Assembly: GCA_036172245.1 (NCBI GenBank)
Contig: JAYWIR010000020.1
Coordinates: forward strand, 3,410,001-3,450,277
From: Raillietiella orientalis
Lineage: Eukaryota
DNA length: 40,277 nt
Direction of reading: 5' to 3'
Each line of letters opens with the position of its first letter. The stretch's first letter is position 1. Below the pieces are notes generated by a model. That model was not told where the DNA came from. It worked only from the letters and a program-made list of their open reading frames with translations, and searched no databases. Positions 1 through 10,379 of the stretch are shown in pieces. Made by a program: the position numbers and the translations under genes.

Positions 1-1490
1 GCCGGCTGCGTGGCAGCTGCTGCCGTCCACGTCTCGCTCTCCAGCGACGGTTCTCGCGACGCCGCATCTCGGCTTCGTTGTCCTCGGGTCTGCTCAAGCG
101 AGCGTCCAGACGATTGTGCGCCCGGTCGCGGGATGGCGCCGCTGGCTCCCCTCCAGAACGCGCGCAGCTGCCATTTGCGCGCGAGAAGGGGGGGGAGCCA
201 GGAGTCGCGCGGCCGTCGCCCGAGGGTGGCGTGGAGGAGCAGCAGAATCGTCCGCCCTTCCCCCTTTCCCTCCACGACGACGGAGGCGCCAAGTGATCCG
301 AGAATTCATCCCCAGACTGGTCGGAAGCTCCGCAGGAGGATTCGGCAGGGGCGCCCTCGAAAGGCTTCCAGCGCCGCCGAGTCGTCTCGTCTTCTCCCGC
401 CTGGCGCCGGAGCCTTCGAGCCTGCAGCAACAGCACTCGCTCTTCGACGCCGAACTCTCCGAAAAAGAAGAGGGCGGCACCGCTCTTAACGATGGCAACG
501 GAGGTGCTCCGCGTGCCGCGTGCGTTGGACTTTTCCTCCAGGAAAGCGCCACCGCCGCGATCGTTTTCTACTTCCTGTTGGGCCGTTTCCGGGCGCCGCG
601 GGGAAGGGGTCAAGCTACTCGGATGGCGCGGACACGTCTCCTGCCTGCCCGCTCCCTATCCGACGGACGGCATCGTTCGTTCGGGGAAAGGGGGGGGGGG
701 AGGAACTGCGATGGAATAAAGCTCCCGCCTGGCCCGGTTCACTTCGCTGCGACTGGGAAGGGTGGCGTCGCCGTAGAAGCGGCTCCCCGAGCACAGCGCA
801 AATGGAAGGCTGCAGAACTCTGTTTATTTGCTTGTTTATTTTCTTCTGATGGCACTGCGCCATCTCCACACGCGCCTCGGACGCGATCCTTGAGAACGGA
901 CGTCTGGCTGGCCTCGCAACTCGAGCGCTCAGTCAGCGCCGTCTCTGAGGTCGCGGGCGGCATAGACACCTCCTTAGCAATGGCAGCAGTTTTCGAGGAA
1001 ACGCTCGAAGGCAATCCATCCTCTTTGCTGTTTCTCCAGACAAAAAGGCATGGAGACGAAAGAGATTCTGCGTGGAGGAAGCAGCAGCGCTCGGAGACTG
1101 TCCACATCCATGGCAACGGTGGAAGCGGCAACAATGGCAGCGCGACGACGATGATAGGAACGGCAACAATAGGAGTAACAAAAATGACTGCAAGTAGAAC
1201 CATAGCAACCGGATTGGTACAGCGACAACTGAGCCGACAAACGGTGACGTATGGTGACAACGTCATTGGTGGTGCCGTTGCACCCGTGGTCTGCTGGAAC
1301 GGACGCAGGCAGCAGTCGCACCTTCCAGGAAGAGAAAATCCCGAGGGACTGCAGGTGGCGGGGAACTGTCTCGCGTCGCCCGCATCCTCGGCATCCTGGT
1401 TGCCGGTTCGGGATCCCGAGCTGCGAGCGGGAAGCTGAAGACAGTCCTGGGGTGTAGTATCCGTCGTCAGCGCTCGGGCCCATTCTCACA
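1..1490 (-). mobile_element. Decayed L1/Tx1-type LINE ORF2 fragment (RT and downstream region)
   Basis: Minus-strand peptides in RT order across frameshifts: HLQSLGIFSSWKVRLL (~1310-1357; like L..LGF...WIKLL), ESLSSPCLFVW (~1035-1070; like CPLSPLLF), SWRKSPTH/VAIVKSG (~480-545; like W...LS..GRV.LVKS). Confidence 0.45.
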
Positions 1491-1499
1491 ACCCCGTAA

Positions 1500-2760
1500 G
1501 GAATCCCTCGCGCCGGTCGATCAGGGGCACGGGGGTGTCGCGCGGAGTCCTCCGGTACCTTTCCGCGGACGTTGGCGAGATTCCTGGAAATGCTCTCTCG
1601 AAAATGCGGCTAGAAGTCCTCGGTTGCTGGAGCCTGATGGACGCTGGCAAAGCGTTCTCCGAGCCCAGGGATTCCCAGAGGACTCTTCTCTCTCGGTGAC
1701 CGGTCTGCTTTTGTTTTTTTTTGTTTTTGTTTTCTTCTCTCTCTCTCTCTCTTCCCTTCTTGCTCCTCCTCCTTCCCGGAGGGATGCTTCCACATCCCTT
1801 CGGGAAGTGGAAGCCGGAACTGCGCCCCGAAAAATTCTCTTTTAGGAAGGCGTCCGGGAAGGTGCACTTCCCTCGGAACGGGAAGCGCCCATCCTTCCTT
1901 CCTTAGGGATTCGGCAGTCCCACTGCGGGGCATCCAGGACGATACTCCTTCCTGGGCCACGTCCGCAGCGGCTCTCTCGGGCAGCGTGGCCGCCAGGGTT
2001 GTCGGGAGGCGAGGTGCCGTCTCCGGCCGAGGGCATTTTCCGGGTGGGAAGGGTGCTCTCGTGGCAGCTAGCGGAGGAGAGAGGGAGGAAGAGGGGAGGG
2101 CTGGCGTCACGTCTCCTGAAACAGCACCGCGGCGTTCCTTCCCGAGGGGGAAGGTCTCTCGAAAAACCGCCCTGCTGGAGGAGCCAAGGTCATGGAAAGA
2201 AAGAATGGCAGGCGCTTCCAGCCTCGTGGTCGCGCGAGCTGGCAGGGACGCCAGTGCGCGTGGCTCTCCCCTCCTGCCGTCTCGGGATGGCGGCGCTCCC
2301 CGTCTCCTTTTGCACTCAGAGGGCGAAGACCCTTTTTTCCACCTCCTGTGCCGCGTGGCGGCGCTTCCTATCGGGAACGCGTGCGCGAACCCCTCGCTGA
2401 ATGGGGGGGGGGAGAGGGGGAGGGAACCTGCGAGCCAGACGGGGTGGGATGAATAGATGCAGAGGAGTGGAGGTGGGGGGTACGTGTGGCACCTGACAAC
2501 GCGTGCCGCACGTGGACGCTTCTCTGTTCCGTCCCATGGCAGGCGGACGGTTTCCTCTTCCACTCGAGGGTCGCTCGCCAGTGTTATCGCGTCATCGCAC
2601 GCGGCTCTGCGTCACGTTGCCATGGTGGTTGCAAAATCAACAGATAAGTGCGCAGGAGGTTAACCTCGAACATTACGAGCGAAGCGGATCGAGAATGTTC
2701 TGGAGAATGTGTGACGAAATTCCCGTCGAAAACCGCTTCCCGGGAACTTCGAAAGCGCGG
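1500..2760 (-). mobile_element. Decayed Tx1-like LINE ORF2 3' half
   Basis: Minus frame HSRSASLVMFEVNLLRTYLLILQPPWQRDA (~2605-2700) resembles the Tx1 post-RT segment HL.SR.A.FRLQFLQR.L....W..A. It is followed by GWALPVPREVHLPGRLPKREFF (~1830-1895), like the zf-RVT lead-in W...HG.LP. Confidence 0.5.
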
Positions 2761-2829
2761 GGGAGGCGGGAGAAAAGAAGAAAAAAAAAAAGACTGCCAC
2801 AGTCGTCATCACGAAAGAATGAATACACT

Positions 2830-3186
2830 GCACGCGCACGCGCACCCTCACGTACGAGAGAGAGAGAGAGAGAGAAAAAAAAATTGGATTTCCGGAGCGA
2901 AACCGAAGTTCACGGCTGCTGCTGTTGTGTGTGTGTATTTGTGTGCGTGTGTGTGTGCGCGCGTGCATGTGCGTGCGTACGCGCGCGCGCGCGCCTCCAA
3001 GGCCGCAGCTTTCCTCTGGGCGGTTGTGTGGGCTTCCCCGAGCTTTCCGGTGCGCGCGCGCTGCCTGCCTGCCTGCCTTCCGACGGGGTCTTCCCACTAC
3101 CGAGAGCGGAGCGCTCGCCCGGGTCACCGAGTCGCACGCGGCGGCGCGCTCCCTTTTCGCTGCCGCGGCAACCAGCATGGGGGGGG

Positions 3187-3226
<40 letters not shown>
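2830..3226. repeat. Microsatellite cluster: (GA)n ~2856-2875, mixed (TG)n/(CG)n ~2925-2994, G-run 3179-3189, (GA)18 3191-3226
   Basis: Directly visible simple repeats. Confidence 0.95.
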
Positions 3227-3232
<6 letters not shown>

Positions 3233-3439
3233 GGCTCACCCGCAACAATGCGCGCGCGCACCACCCCTGCTCCCGCTCGTCGTCCCGTGCGCATGCGCGG
3301 CGGCGGAGGGAGAAGAGCCAGGTTGCTCGCGCGCGCCCTCACCCTTAGGCGGTCGGCGGGAACGCAGGCGGCGGAGCCGGTCGACTCGGCCGTGTGCACG
3401 AGGCATGGCTGCGGGGGCCTGGGCCGCTAGGGAGTGATG

Positions 3440-4210
3440 CATGGCGCTGGCTCCTATTAACATCATGGAAATCACTGATTAACGTCTATCAGCTACGAGC
3501 GCGCGCGCGCAGTGAGTAATTCCAACATGTGATCCAATAAGCACTTTCGGTCCCGTCCCTGTTTATGCAAAGGGGGAAGCTGGCTGGAATCGTGAGGTGC
3601 GCGCCGTGCTTTTAATTAGACCTTTCCTGTTTTTTAATGTTTCAATTAAAATTAAGTAACCTTTTCTGGGTGTTGGAGATTCCCATCAAATATCCAGCTG
3701 ATTGGAGCAAATAGAGAAGTTTAGCCGGTTCAAAGCAATCGCGCTGTACACAAAGCTCCTGGTCGCGTTTCCTTGACAATTAGATTTTTCTCTCCCCCCC
3801 CCTTCTTCTCCTTCACCCCCCCCCGCCCCTCCCACCTCCCCAGCGCCACGTTAATCGCCAGGTGTGATGGACTTCGTTTCATTTTGCTTGCAACGTGAAT
3901 GGTGAGGAGCGCCGAATTTCTTCCCAAGTCACGTGCTCCCCCCTTCCTGCGCCTGCCATCCGGAGGCAGACAAGAGTGCCAGTCCTCTCGGACCGCGGCA
4001 ACGGGAGGGAAAACTCTTTTGCCCCGCTTTGTTTTCCGAAGACGTTTAATCGCTGCCTCTGAGAGAAAATCGACACAATTAAATCCCCCTCATATTCATG
4101 CCATAAATCGTTCCCGAGTCCTAATAAATCCGCCGGAGATGATTCGAGTTCAAAATGATTATAACCTGGGAGAAGGAGAGAACTGTATTCTACAATCATC
4201 GTAAATGCAG
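3440..4210. promoter_or_regulatory. AT-rich CNE/enhancer-like island
   Basis: Abrupt GC drop between LINE relics. Dense TAAT/ATTA cores (TTTAATTAG, CAATTAAAATTAA, GACAATTAG, CCATAAA), plus ATGCAAA, ATCAAA and ACAAAG. No ORF or TE motif recognised. Function inferred only. Confidence 0.5.
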
Positions 4211-4229
4211 TGCGTTGGGTGAGGGGAGC

Positions 4230-7200
4230 AAGGAGGATCAGGAATGCGTTCCGGGAAGGCGACAGCTCGCGTTCGCCTCGTACGGAAAACGGACCCGGGA
4301 ACGCCGCGTCCGCGAATAATCACAGCCTCCGTCCGAGGAGCAGGCATGAGCGCAGTGATGAAGAGGATGCAGCCTCCTCGCGTGGGGGCCGCCCCAAGAG
4401 TGCCCCCTGCTCTCCGAGCGGGCGGACGGGACAAACAGCGGGTCGTGGAAGCCCGGAGGTTTCCTCGCTGGCGCGGGGGGAAACACGGCCGTTTCCGACG
4501 AAGCATATCTCCCGCGCGCGGGGGAACGTCCGGCTGGTCGCGTCGCTCGCGCGGGCCGCCGCGACCGCCGCCTCACGCGACGTGCTCGGGAGGCCTCATC
4601 CCGGGACGCCGGAGGGAACCGGCCGTGCGTCTGCGTCACCCCAGGTCCCGGCGCGGCGCGGTGCCGGCGGCGCCGCGGACGGGGCGCAGAGAGCTCGCGC
4701 TGCGAAGGGTCCCCGCTGATGCCGGGGACCCGGGGCGCAGCGGAAAAGGCACCGAACATGCGAAATACGTTCTTGCCGGGTTGGGAGCTCCGGAAGCGTG
4801 GACGAGCAGACCTGGAGGCCCTGTGACGCACCCTGCCCACAGCTCCGGGGAACGCGAGAGACGGACTGACCTTCCTGCTGTTCTCAGGGACGCACCCTGG
4901 CCCTCCCTCGCGGACGGGCGCGCCCCGCCAGGATGCTCCTCCTCCCAACCCCTAAGCTCCCGGAACACTCGCTCGCACTCGAAGGAGGAAGCTCTCTCCT
5001 CTTCCCGTAAGTCCCGGAGAACCCACGGCGGGGCACCCTAGGGTCGCGTCGCTCCTCCACATGTACACGCAGGTCCTCCTCGGAGGTGACGGGGGGGAGG
5101 GCGAGAGTTGGAAAGAGAAGCCCACGTCCTCGTGTTCCCTGCCCCTCCCCTCACTCCCGCGCGCGAAGGAATCGCCGCAGAGCCGAGACCAGGCGCGCGC
5201 GCGCGCTTACGGTCCTGCGCCGTAGGTACCCGTGGGGCCGCGATTGGCAGATCGAGTTGCACGATCGCCCTCCCGCAGCGGTTCTCGGCGGCCTCAATGG
5301 CGGGCTGGGAGGTCAGGAAGGAGGAGGTCGTCGGTGTGGAGAGAAGCGGTAAGGGAGGGGGGGGTAGAGGACGCACGCGGGAGCGCCCTGCCCAGAAGCG
5401 GGCGGAAGGGGTCTTCTTGACCGCGCGTGAAGAGCCCCTCTGCTGTTCAGGGGAAGAGGGCAGGGGAGGGCAAAAAGAAATCCGGCGACGTCGCCCTGGA
5501 GACCGGACTGCCCTCAGCGCGCGAGCTGGCCGTCTCACAGGCGGCGGACGTCATCCGGTCAGCCGGGGGAGGACGTGCCCCGCCCGCCTGCTCCCGCCGT
5601 GTACTCGCGGGCTGGGGACGGGACCGACGGGAAGGGCCCCTTCCCGTCTCCCTTCACCCGTCGCCCCGGCTTGGGAGCGTCCTCCCGAGGTCAACTCGCA
5701 GCGTGGCGGTGTCCCTCGCGTCCCGGAGGGGGAGCGGTCCCGGTCCACTGGGATCCTACCTGGCCCAGAGGTTCGCATGCGCCCACACTGAGGGAGGGGC
5801 GGAGGGGGTCTACGGGTGCCATGGATGCCCCAAAGGGCCAGCGGATGCGGAGTGCCGACACGGGAAGGCGCCCCGGGGAGGAGAGGTGTCAGGCGGGAAG
5901 GGCGGCACCCTGAGAGACCCCGAGGCTCCTCCGGCCTGGGAGGCCGAAGATGCCTCGGGAAGGCCGCGAGGGGATCGGAAGTCGAGGGTTATCGCCTCAC
6001 GGATCGGCAGGATTTTCGGGGGAGGACGAAGCGAGCTGCAGGGAGGCCACGGCAAGCTGCCTGGGCACGGAGGTCAGATCCCTCTCCTCCCGAGGTCGAT
6101 AGCGGCGGTCAAAAAGACATTGCTTCATTGGAGACCCACTGGATGCTCCGCTTTCGCCTTTCCGTCTTGCAGGCAGAAAGGCAGCGATGGCTGCCCGAGC
6201 GGGGCGTCGCCCGAGGATCCCTGAGGACTCGCCTGTCCCAGGGGCCGTCTTTTCACGGCAGCAGCGGGGAGTCCCCGAAGGCTCCACATCCCCCCTTCCT
6301 GGGCACGGGGAGCGGCGAGGGACACCCGGAAATCCTTCCGCAGTCACCTCTCCCGGCGGAGAGCGGGGGGTCGGTGGCTCCGGGAGGCCTCTGTACGACC
6401 GTCCCTCCCCCGTCATTGTCGTCCGCACGCCCGCGGGCGTGCAAGGGCACCAGGGGCGGCCCTCCGTCCGAGCAGCTCCTGGGTCCCGCCCGGGGGAGGA
6501 TGGCGCGGTGGTGCCGGTCTCCAGCAGCGCCGTGGTCGTTCGCGCCGCCCCTGGTGCGCTCCGACACCCCCTCCCCGTTTCCCGCATCCGATGGCTTTCC
6601 GGCGAAGCGGGCCGCGGGTCGTCCCTCGAAGCCGCCTCCACGGCGTGGGAGGAGGGCGAGAGCCTCTCGATCGAGGCGCTCGGGGGTCGCAGGAGGTCGG
6701 GAGCGACGCGCCGCGTCGACAGGGCTCGAAAAAAGGGAAAAGGGGATGAGGAGGGGGGCAAAGGACGGGCCTGCAGGCGCAGAAGGGATCTCCGGAGGAA
6801 ACGCTGCTGGTCGGGGAGCGCCTCCTGGCGCCGGAAGCGAGGCGAAATCGGTGGTCCGTTGGTGGGATGCAAAGCCGCCGTCGTCTCCTTTCTTCTGCCC
6901 TCCTCCTCCCTTCTTCTCGCAGGGGCGCTCGCCCACGTCAAACCCGCCGCGCGAAACGGAATCGGCAGGGCTGCGGGGGTTCCAGCCGACGGCAGCTCCA
7001 TCCATAGGCAACCTCGGCGCGGACGGAGGGCTCCCCCGGAACATCGGAATTTCACGGCAACCTGCAGGAGGAGGAGATCCGCACCGAGGGTCTTCGTGTT
7101 GTGCGTCCGGGACGGCCCGCCCCGTAACCCTCGGGAACACGACGGCGCTCGGAGCGCCGAGGAGGCTGTAAAGGGGACCCGCCGCTCTTCGGTCATCCCG

Positions 7201-7450
7201 GCGCAGTTGGACGCCAGAAGGGGATTTGTAGGACGAAGATCCCCAACGGAGGCGCACGATCGTTCCCGTACGGTCGCCTGGAAAACGAGACGGGGAAGCA
7301 GTTGGGCATCGGGAATGGAAGCAGCGGGCAGCGGCCGAACTCCTTCCTCCCCGCCCGCCATCTCTTCGTCTGCCGCTGCCGCCACCAACCAACCACCCTT
7401 CCGTCGGACGCTCTTCGCCTTTAGCCTGGCTGCGGAGGCCGCGCGCCCGA
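4230..7450 (-). mobile_element. Decayed L1/Tx1-type LINE ORF2 (RT through zf-RVT)
   Basis: Colinear minus-strand motifs: GDLRPTNPLL (~7215-7245; NWRPISLL), ASIERLS..EAASRDDPR (~6620-6685; LAIEPL..IR.D), RYRPREERDL (~6075-6105; LY.P.EEGG), zinc-finger remnant HLRGGPACTCGG...EEERASSFECERVFRELRGW (~4945-5090). Confidence 0.55.
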
Positions 7451-7499
7451 GTCGTCGTCCGCTCCACGAAAGGAGGAGGCGGCGGCGGCTCAACCCGTC

Positions 7500-7900
7500 G
7501 AATCGCACGGATAACCATAAATGCGGCCGTATGGGTCATTCGGGGTTATGCAAACCGCCAAGTAAATCATAAAGTCGGCGATCGGCTCCAGCCAGGCAGT
7601 GGTTCGGCACCGCTGGGCAATTGCGATGCGGAACGTGTCACTTTGTGCCTTTGTGTTAACGGGGTTCGCACGGAAGATGAGCCGTTTTCTGCTCGACGGC
7701 ACACCTCCGCGGATCGATTTCGGTTCCTCGAGTGGATGCCGCCGGCTGGGCGAGGTGAGGGATCGATCCTTGGGAAGCCATCGTGACTCGGGAACCGGGG
7801 GTTTCCGGGGCCATAAACGGCGAAGCTGTGAATTTCACTTTTCAGCTCTCTTCGGGATTATTTCTCGCTTGGGAAGACAAATGGCTGCTGACGAACAGTT
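7500..7900. promoter_or_regulatory. CNE/enhancer-like segment
   Basis: Lower GC. Repeated CCATAAA/TCATAAA (posterior Hox/Cdx-like), ATGCAAA, CTTTGT x2 (Sox/TCF-like). No TE peptide seen. Confidence 0.4.
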
Positions 7901-7910
7901 CGTTCGTACC

Positions 7911-7985
7911 CTTCCCTGCTTTCTCTCTCTCTCTCCCTCTCCCTCCTTTTCTTCTTCTTTTTCTTTCTTTCTTTCTTCCCTCCTT

Positions 7986-8017
<32 letters not shown>
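7911..8017. repeat. Polypyrimidine tract followed by (TA)n microsatellite (7986-8017)
   Basis: Directly visible. Confidence 0.95.
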
Positions 8018-8059
8018 AAAGAGCTTTCTCGAAAAGAACTTTTCGAATTTATTTCTTGC

Positions 8060-8345
8060 CTGCCTCGAAATTAATGGAATTAAAACAAAAATAATCTACT
8101 TAGGGAACATCGAGCGTTTTTCTTCTGACAGCATAATCTAAAAAAATCGTTTCATTATTTAGTCAATCTGGGAATCGGTAAATCTTCGTTCAACTTGTCT
8201 ACCTAATAATTAATGACCTTTACATGATTAAAAAGGCATTAACGAAAAGGAAATATCAAACGAAACAAATGGACGTTAAATCCTGAATGATCATCTGAGA
8301 ACATTCAGTTTTAATTTCATGTAAAAATCTCTTCATTTACAAGGA
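8060..8345. promoter_or_regulatory. Strongly AT-rich CNE/enhancer-like island
   Basis: 8161-8220 is 21/60 GC (35%) versus ~77% in sampled lines of old relics. Many TAAT cores (AATTAATGG, ATAATCT x2, TAATAATTAATGA, TGATTAAA). Non-repetitive. Confidence 0.55.
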
Positions 8346-8929
8346 GCTGCGCCTTCTTCCGAAGAGCAGGACACGTGATTTTTTTGAAACCGGGGGAGGG
8401 GAGAGAAAAAGAAAAGAAAAGAAAAAAAACCTCAGGAGACATTCGTTTGCTCCATTTCGAATAATCGCTCTAATTGCATTTTCAGTGCAGGGGATTCGCA
8501 ACGAAGAACCTGCTCTGTCGCGTGCGGTCACTTTGTCGAGACGGAAAACGCTGGGATGAGCTGAGAAAGTTAAATGCAAAAAAAAAGAGGTAAGCTTGGC
8601 CTGTAGACAACTCCAAGGGAGTTTGAATAATTAACCGACGCCATTCGGATCGTCGAAAGTAATACCCGTGTCGTTTCGGTTTTTCCACTCCGAGTGGACG
8701 CTGTTCCAGGGGGATGGGGGGGGGGGGGGAGAATCTCCTGGACTGCAAAAGGCAACTGCTGCTCGTCGGCAGCTTCTTCCTGGATTGTCTGCACTTGTGA
8801 ATGTAGGACTCGTAGCAAAGTACACACACTTTATAAGTGGTGTGTAAATAGGCACTCTCAAGTTTGCCATGAGCGTTGCGCCAGCACATCGCAAGAACGC
8901 GCGAGCAGCCGTTTCCTGGAGCGCTGGTC

Positions 8930-9310
8930 CCGATAGTGCAGCAGGCAATTAATTTACATATCCCGGCGAAGAAAGTTCGAATTCGGCATGTGTTCCCTAT
9001 TGATCCAGTCAGCAAGCACGCTGGAGAGCAACACTTTCACGGCTTCGGAATCTCCGTGGAGGCCTCTCCTCCTCCTCCGCCGTCGCACTATCTTTCGTTA
9101 TTATTTGAAAAGATGAATGGCCATTTCGGTTTCATCAAACCTTATCACCGCGCGATTTTCTGGGATGAAAGTGCGCGAAGCTGGTCAGCAGTTTCAGATT
9201 ACCCGTAATAACAACGTTTATAAATGGCGCAGTAATTGATCAGCCAGAGGAATTAAACGCACTCTTTTAAATCAAGAGTTCCTTTGTCATCATTGCTCGA
9301 GTCTGACGCA
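8930..9310. promoter_or_regulatory. CNE/enhancer-like island
   Basis: AT-rich unique sequence with CAATTAATTTAC, ATCAAA, CTTATCA (GATA), TTTATAAAT, GTAATTGA, CCTTTGT. Confidence 0.45.
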
Positions 9311-9329
9311 AGTTCTTCCCCTCCTGGCT

Positions 9330-9630
9330 ACTAAACTCCGAGGCACTTACTTGTATCCATTTTCTTGGCTGTTTTGGAGCAGGGTCCCTCATCCATAGCA
9401 TCTATAAAAAAGCACTGAAAGCCGAAAGTAGAGCATAGCCTTAGAACATGACAGCCTGTAGGACATCGAGGCCTGGGAATTCACAGGTAGCCTACGACAC
9501 GCCTACTTTCTTCAACAATGGTCCTCTCCAACAATGAGACGAAAATAGCCCACCCCGTCACCTTCCCTGCCAATGAGTTTGCCTTTGGTTTTCTGCCTTA
9601 ATTCCGCTTGAAATCCGTGGTGCAACTGAA
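9330..9630 (+). mobile_element. Possible short, less GC-shifted LINE ORF2 fragment
   Basis: GSLIHSIYKKALKA (~9382-9423) resembles the IS.IY..L motif before zf-RVT. Low CpG relative to neighbouring relics. Weak. Confidence 0.25.
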
Positions 9631-9644
9631 GCTTATGCTTATCG

Positions 9645-9900
9645 GCTGGCAAAAACTGATTCATAACAACATAATGAGGGAATCAGATGGGGGGGGGGGG
9701 GTGGCATTGTGAAAGAGAATGCAAAGTGAAATGCGTGTTCGATCAGCGCTCTACTTCGCATTAAAATAAGCACATTAAAGGGAAAGAATGGCACTTGACT
9801 ATAAATTTGGTGACTCATCGTTAATGAAGAGGATGTTTTCCAGTGTTGAATTAGCTTTGCACTGATTCCACTTTCCCACGTTGGAACTGTTATCATCATC
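9645..9900. promoter_or_regulatory. CNE/enhancer-like island
   Basis: AT-rich. CATTGT (Sox) next to ATGCAAA (Oct-like) at ~9705-9726, TGACTCA (AP-1) at 9810-9816, several TAAT cores. Confidence 0.45.
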
Positions 9901-9904
9901 AGAA

Positions 9905-10330
9905 GCACCGTCGAATGAAAAGTGTTTGCTTTTTCTTCGATGCTGTCCTTCGTGGTGCATCGTACAGATCTGCATGGTCCATGTGATGATCCACGATGAC
10001 TTTCGCTCGTCTTTCCACCCGTATTTGAACGCGACCTTAGGATGTGGCTCAGGATATTTTATTTGCCTGCGGACATTGCGAGCCATCCACATCTTTTCAG
10101 CGTGCAAACATTTTCTCGCAGTATCTTTTTCGGAGGCTTTGAGGAGGGAGGTACAGTACTGATTTGCCGTGTATCTGTTTCCACCCTCATTTTCTGTTTC
10201 TCCTTTTTATTGCTGTGTTTTCCACGTAGGTGCAGTTTCGAGGGCCGTGAGATCCTCGTTTTTAATAAATAATGGATCTTCGTTCCGAGATCTCTGCTGC
10301 TTTCGTATCATGGGATGCCAAGGCTTATTC
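9905..10330 (-). mobile_element. Decayed LINE ORF2 C-terminal fragment
   Basis: LHAEKMWMARNVRRQI (~10060-10107) matches the K..IW..RN motif at the L1/Tx1 ORF2 C-terminus. Confidence 0.35.
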
Positions 10331-10379
10331 CTTCAGGTTGCCTGCTGCTGCTGCTGCTGCTTCTTGCACTGACGTTTGT

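Noticed and set aside
116..1438. 440-aa plus-strand ORF
   Set aside because: Low-complexity R/G/A/P composition, no recognisable domain, antisense to an RT relic. Stop-codon scarcity in GC-rich DNA explains its length.
3441..3517. ATG plus GTGAGT donor as a first exon
   Set aside because: In-frame TAA after 13 codons, upstream of the donor; no other support.
4230..7450. CpG-island promoter
   Set aside because: High CpG is window-wide and coincides with LINE relics; no associated first exon.
5816..7572. Four overlapping ORFs of 428-503 aa on both strands
   Set aside because: Simultaneously open frames reflect very high GC. Only scattered decayed RT motifs on the minus strand are meaningful.
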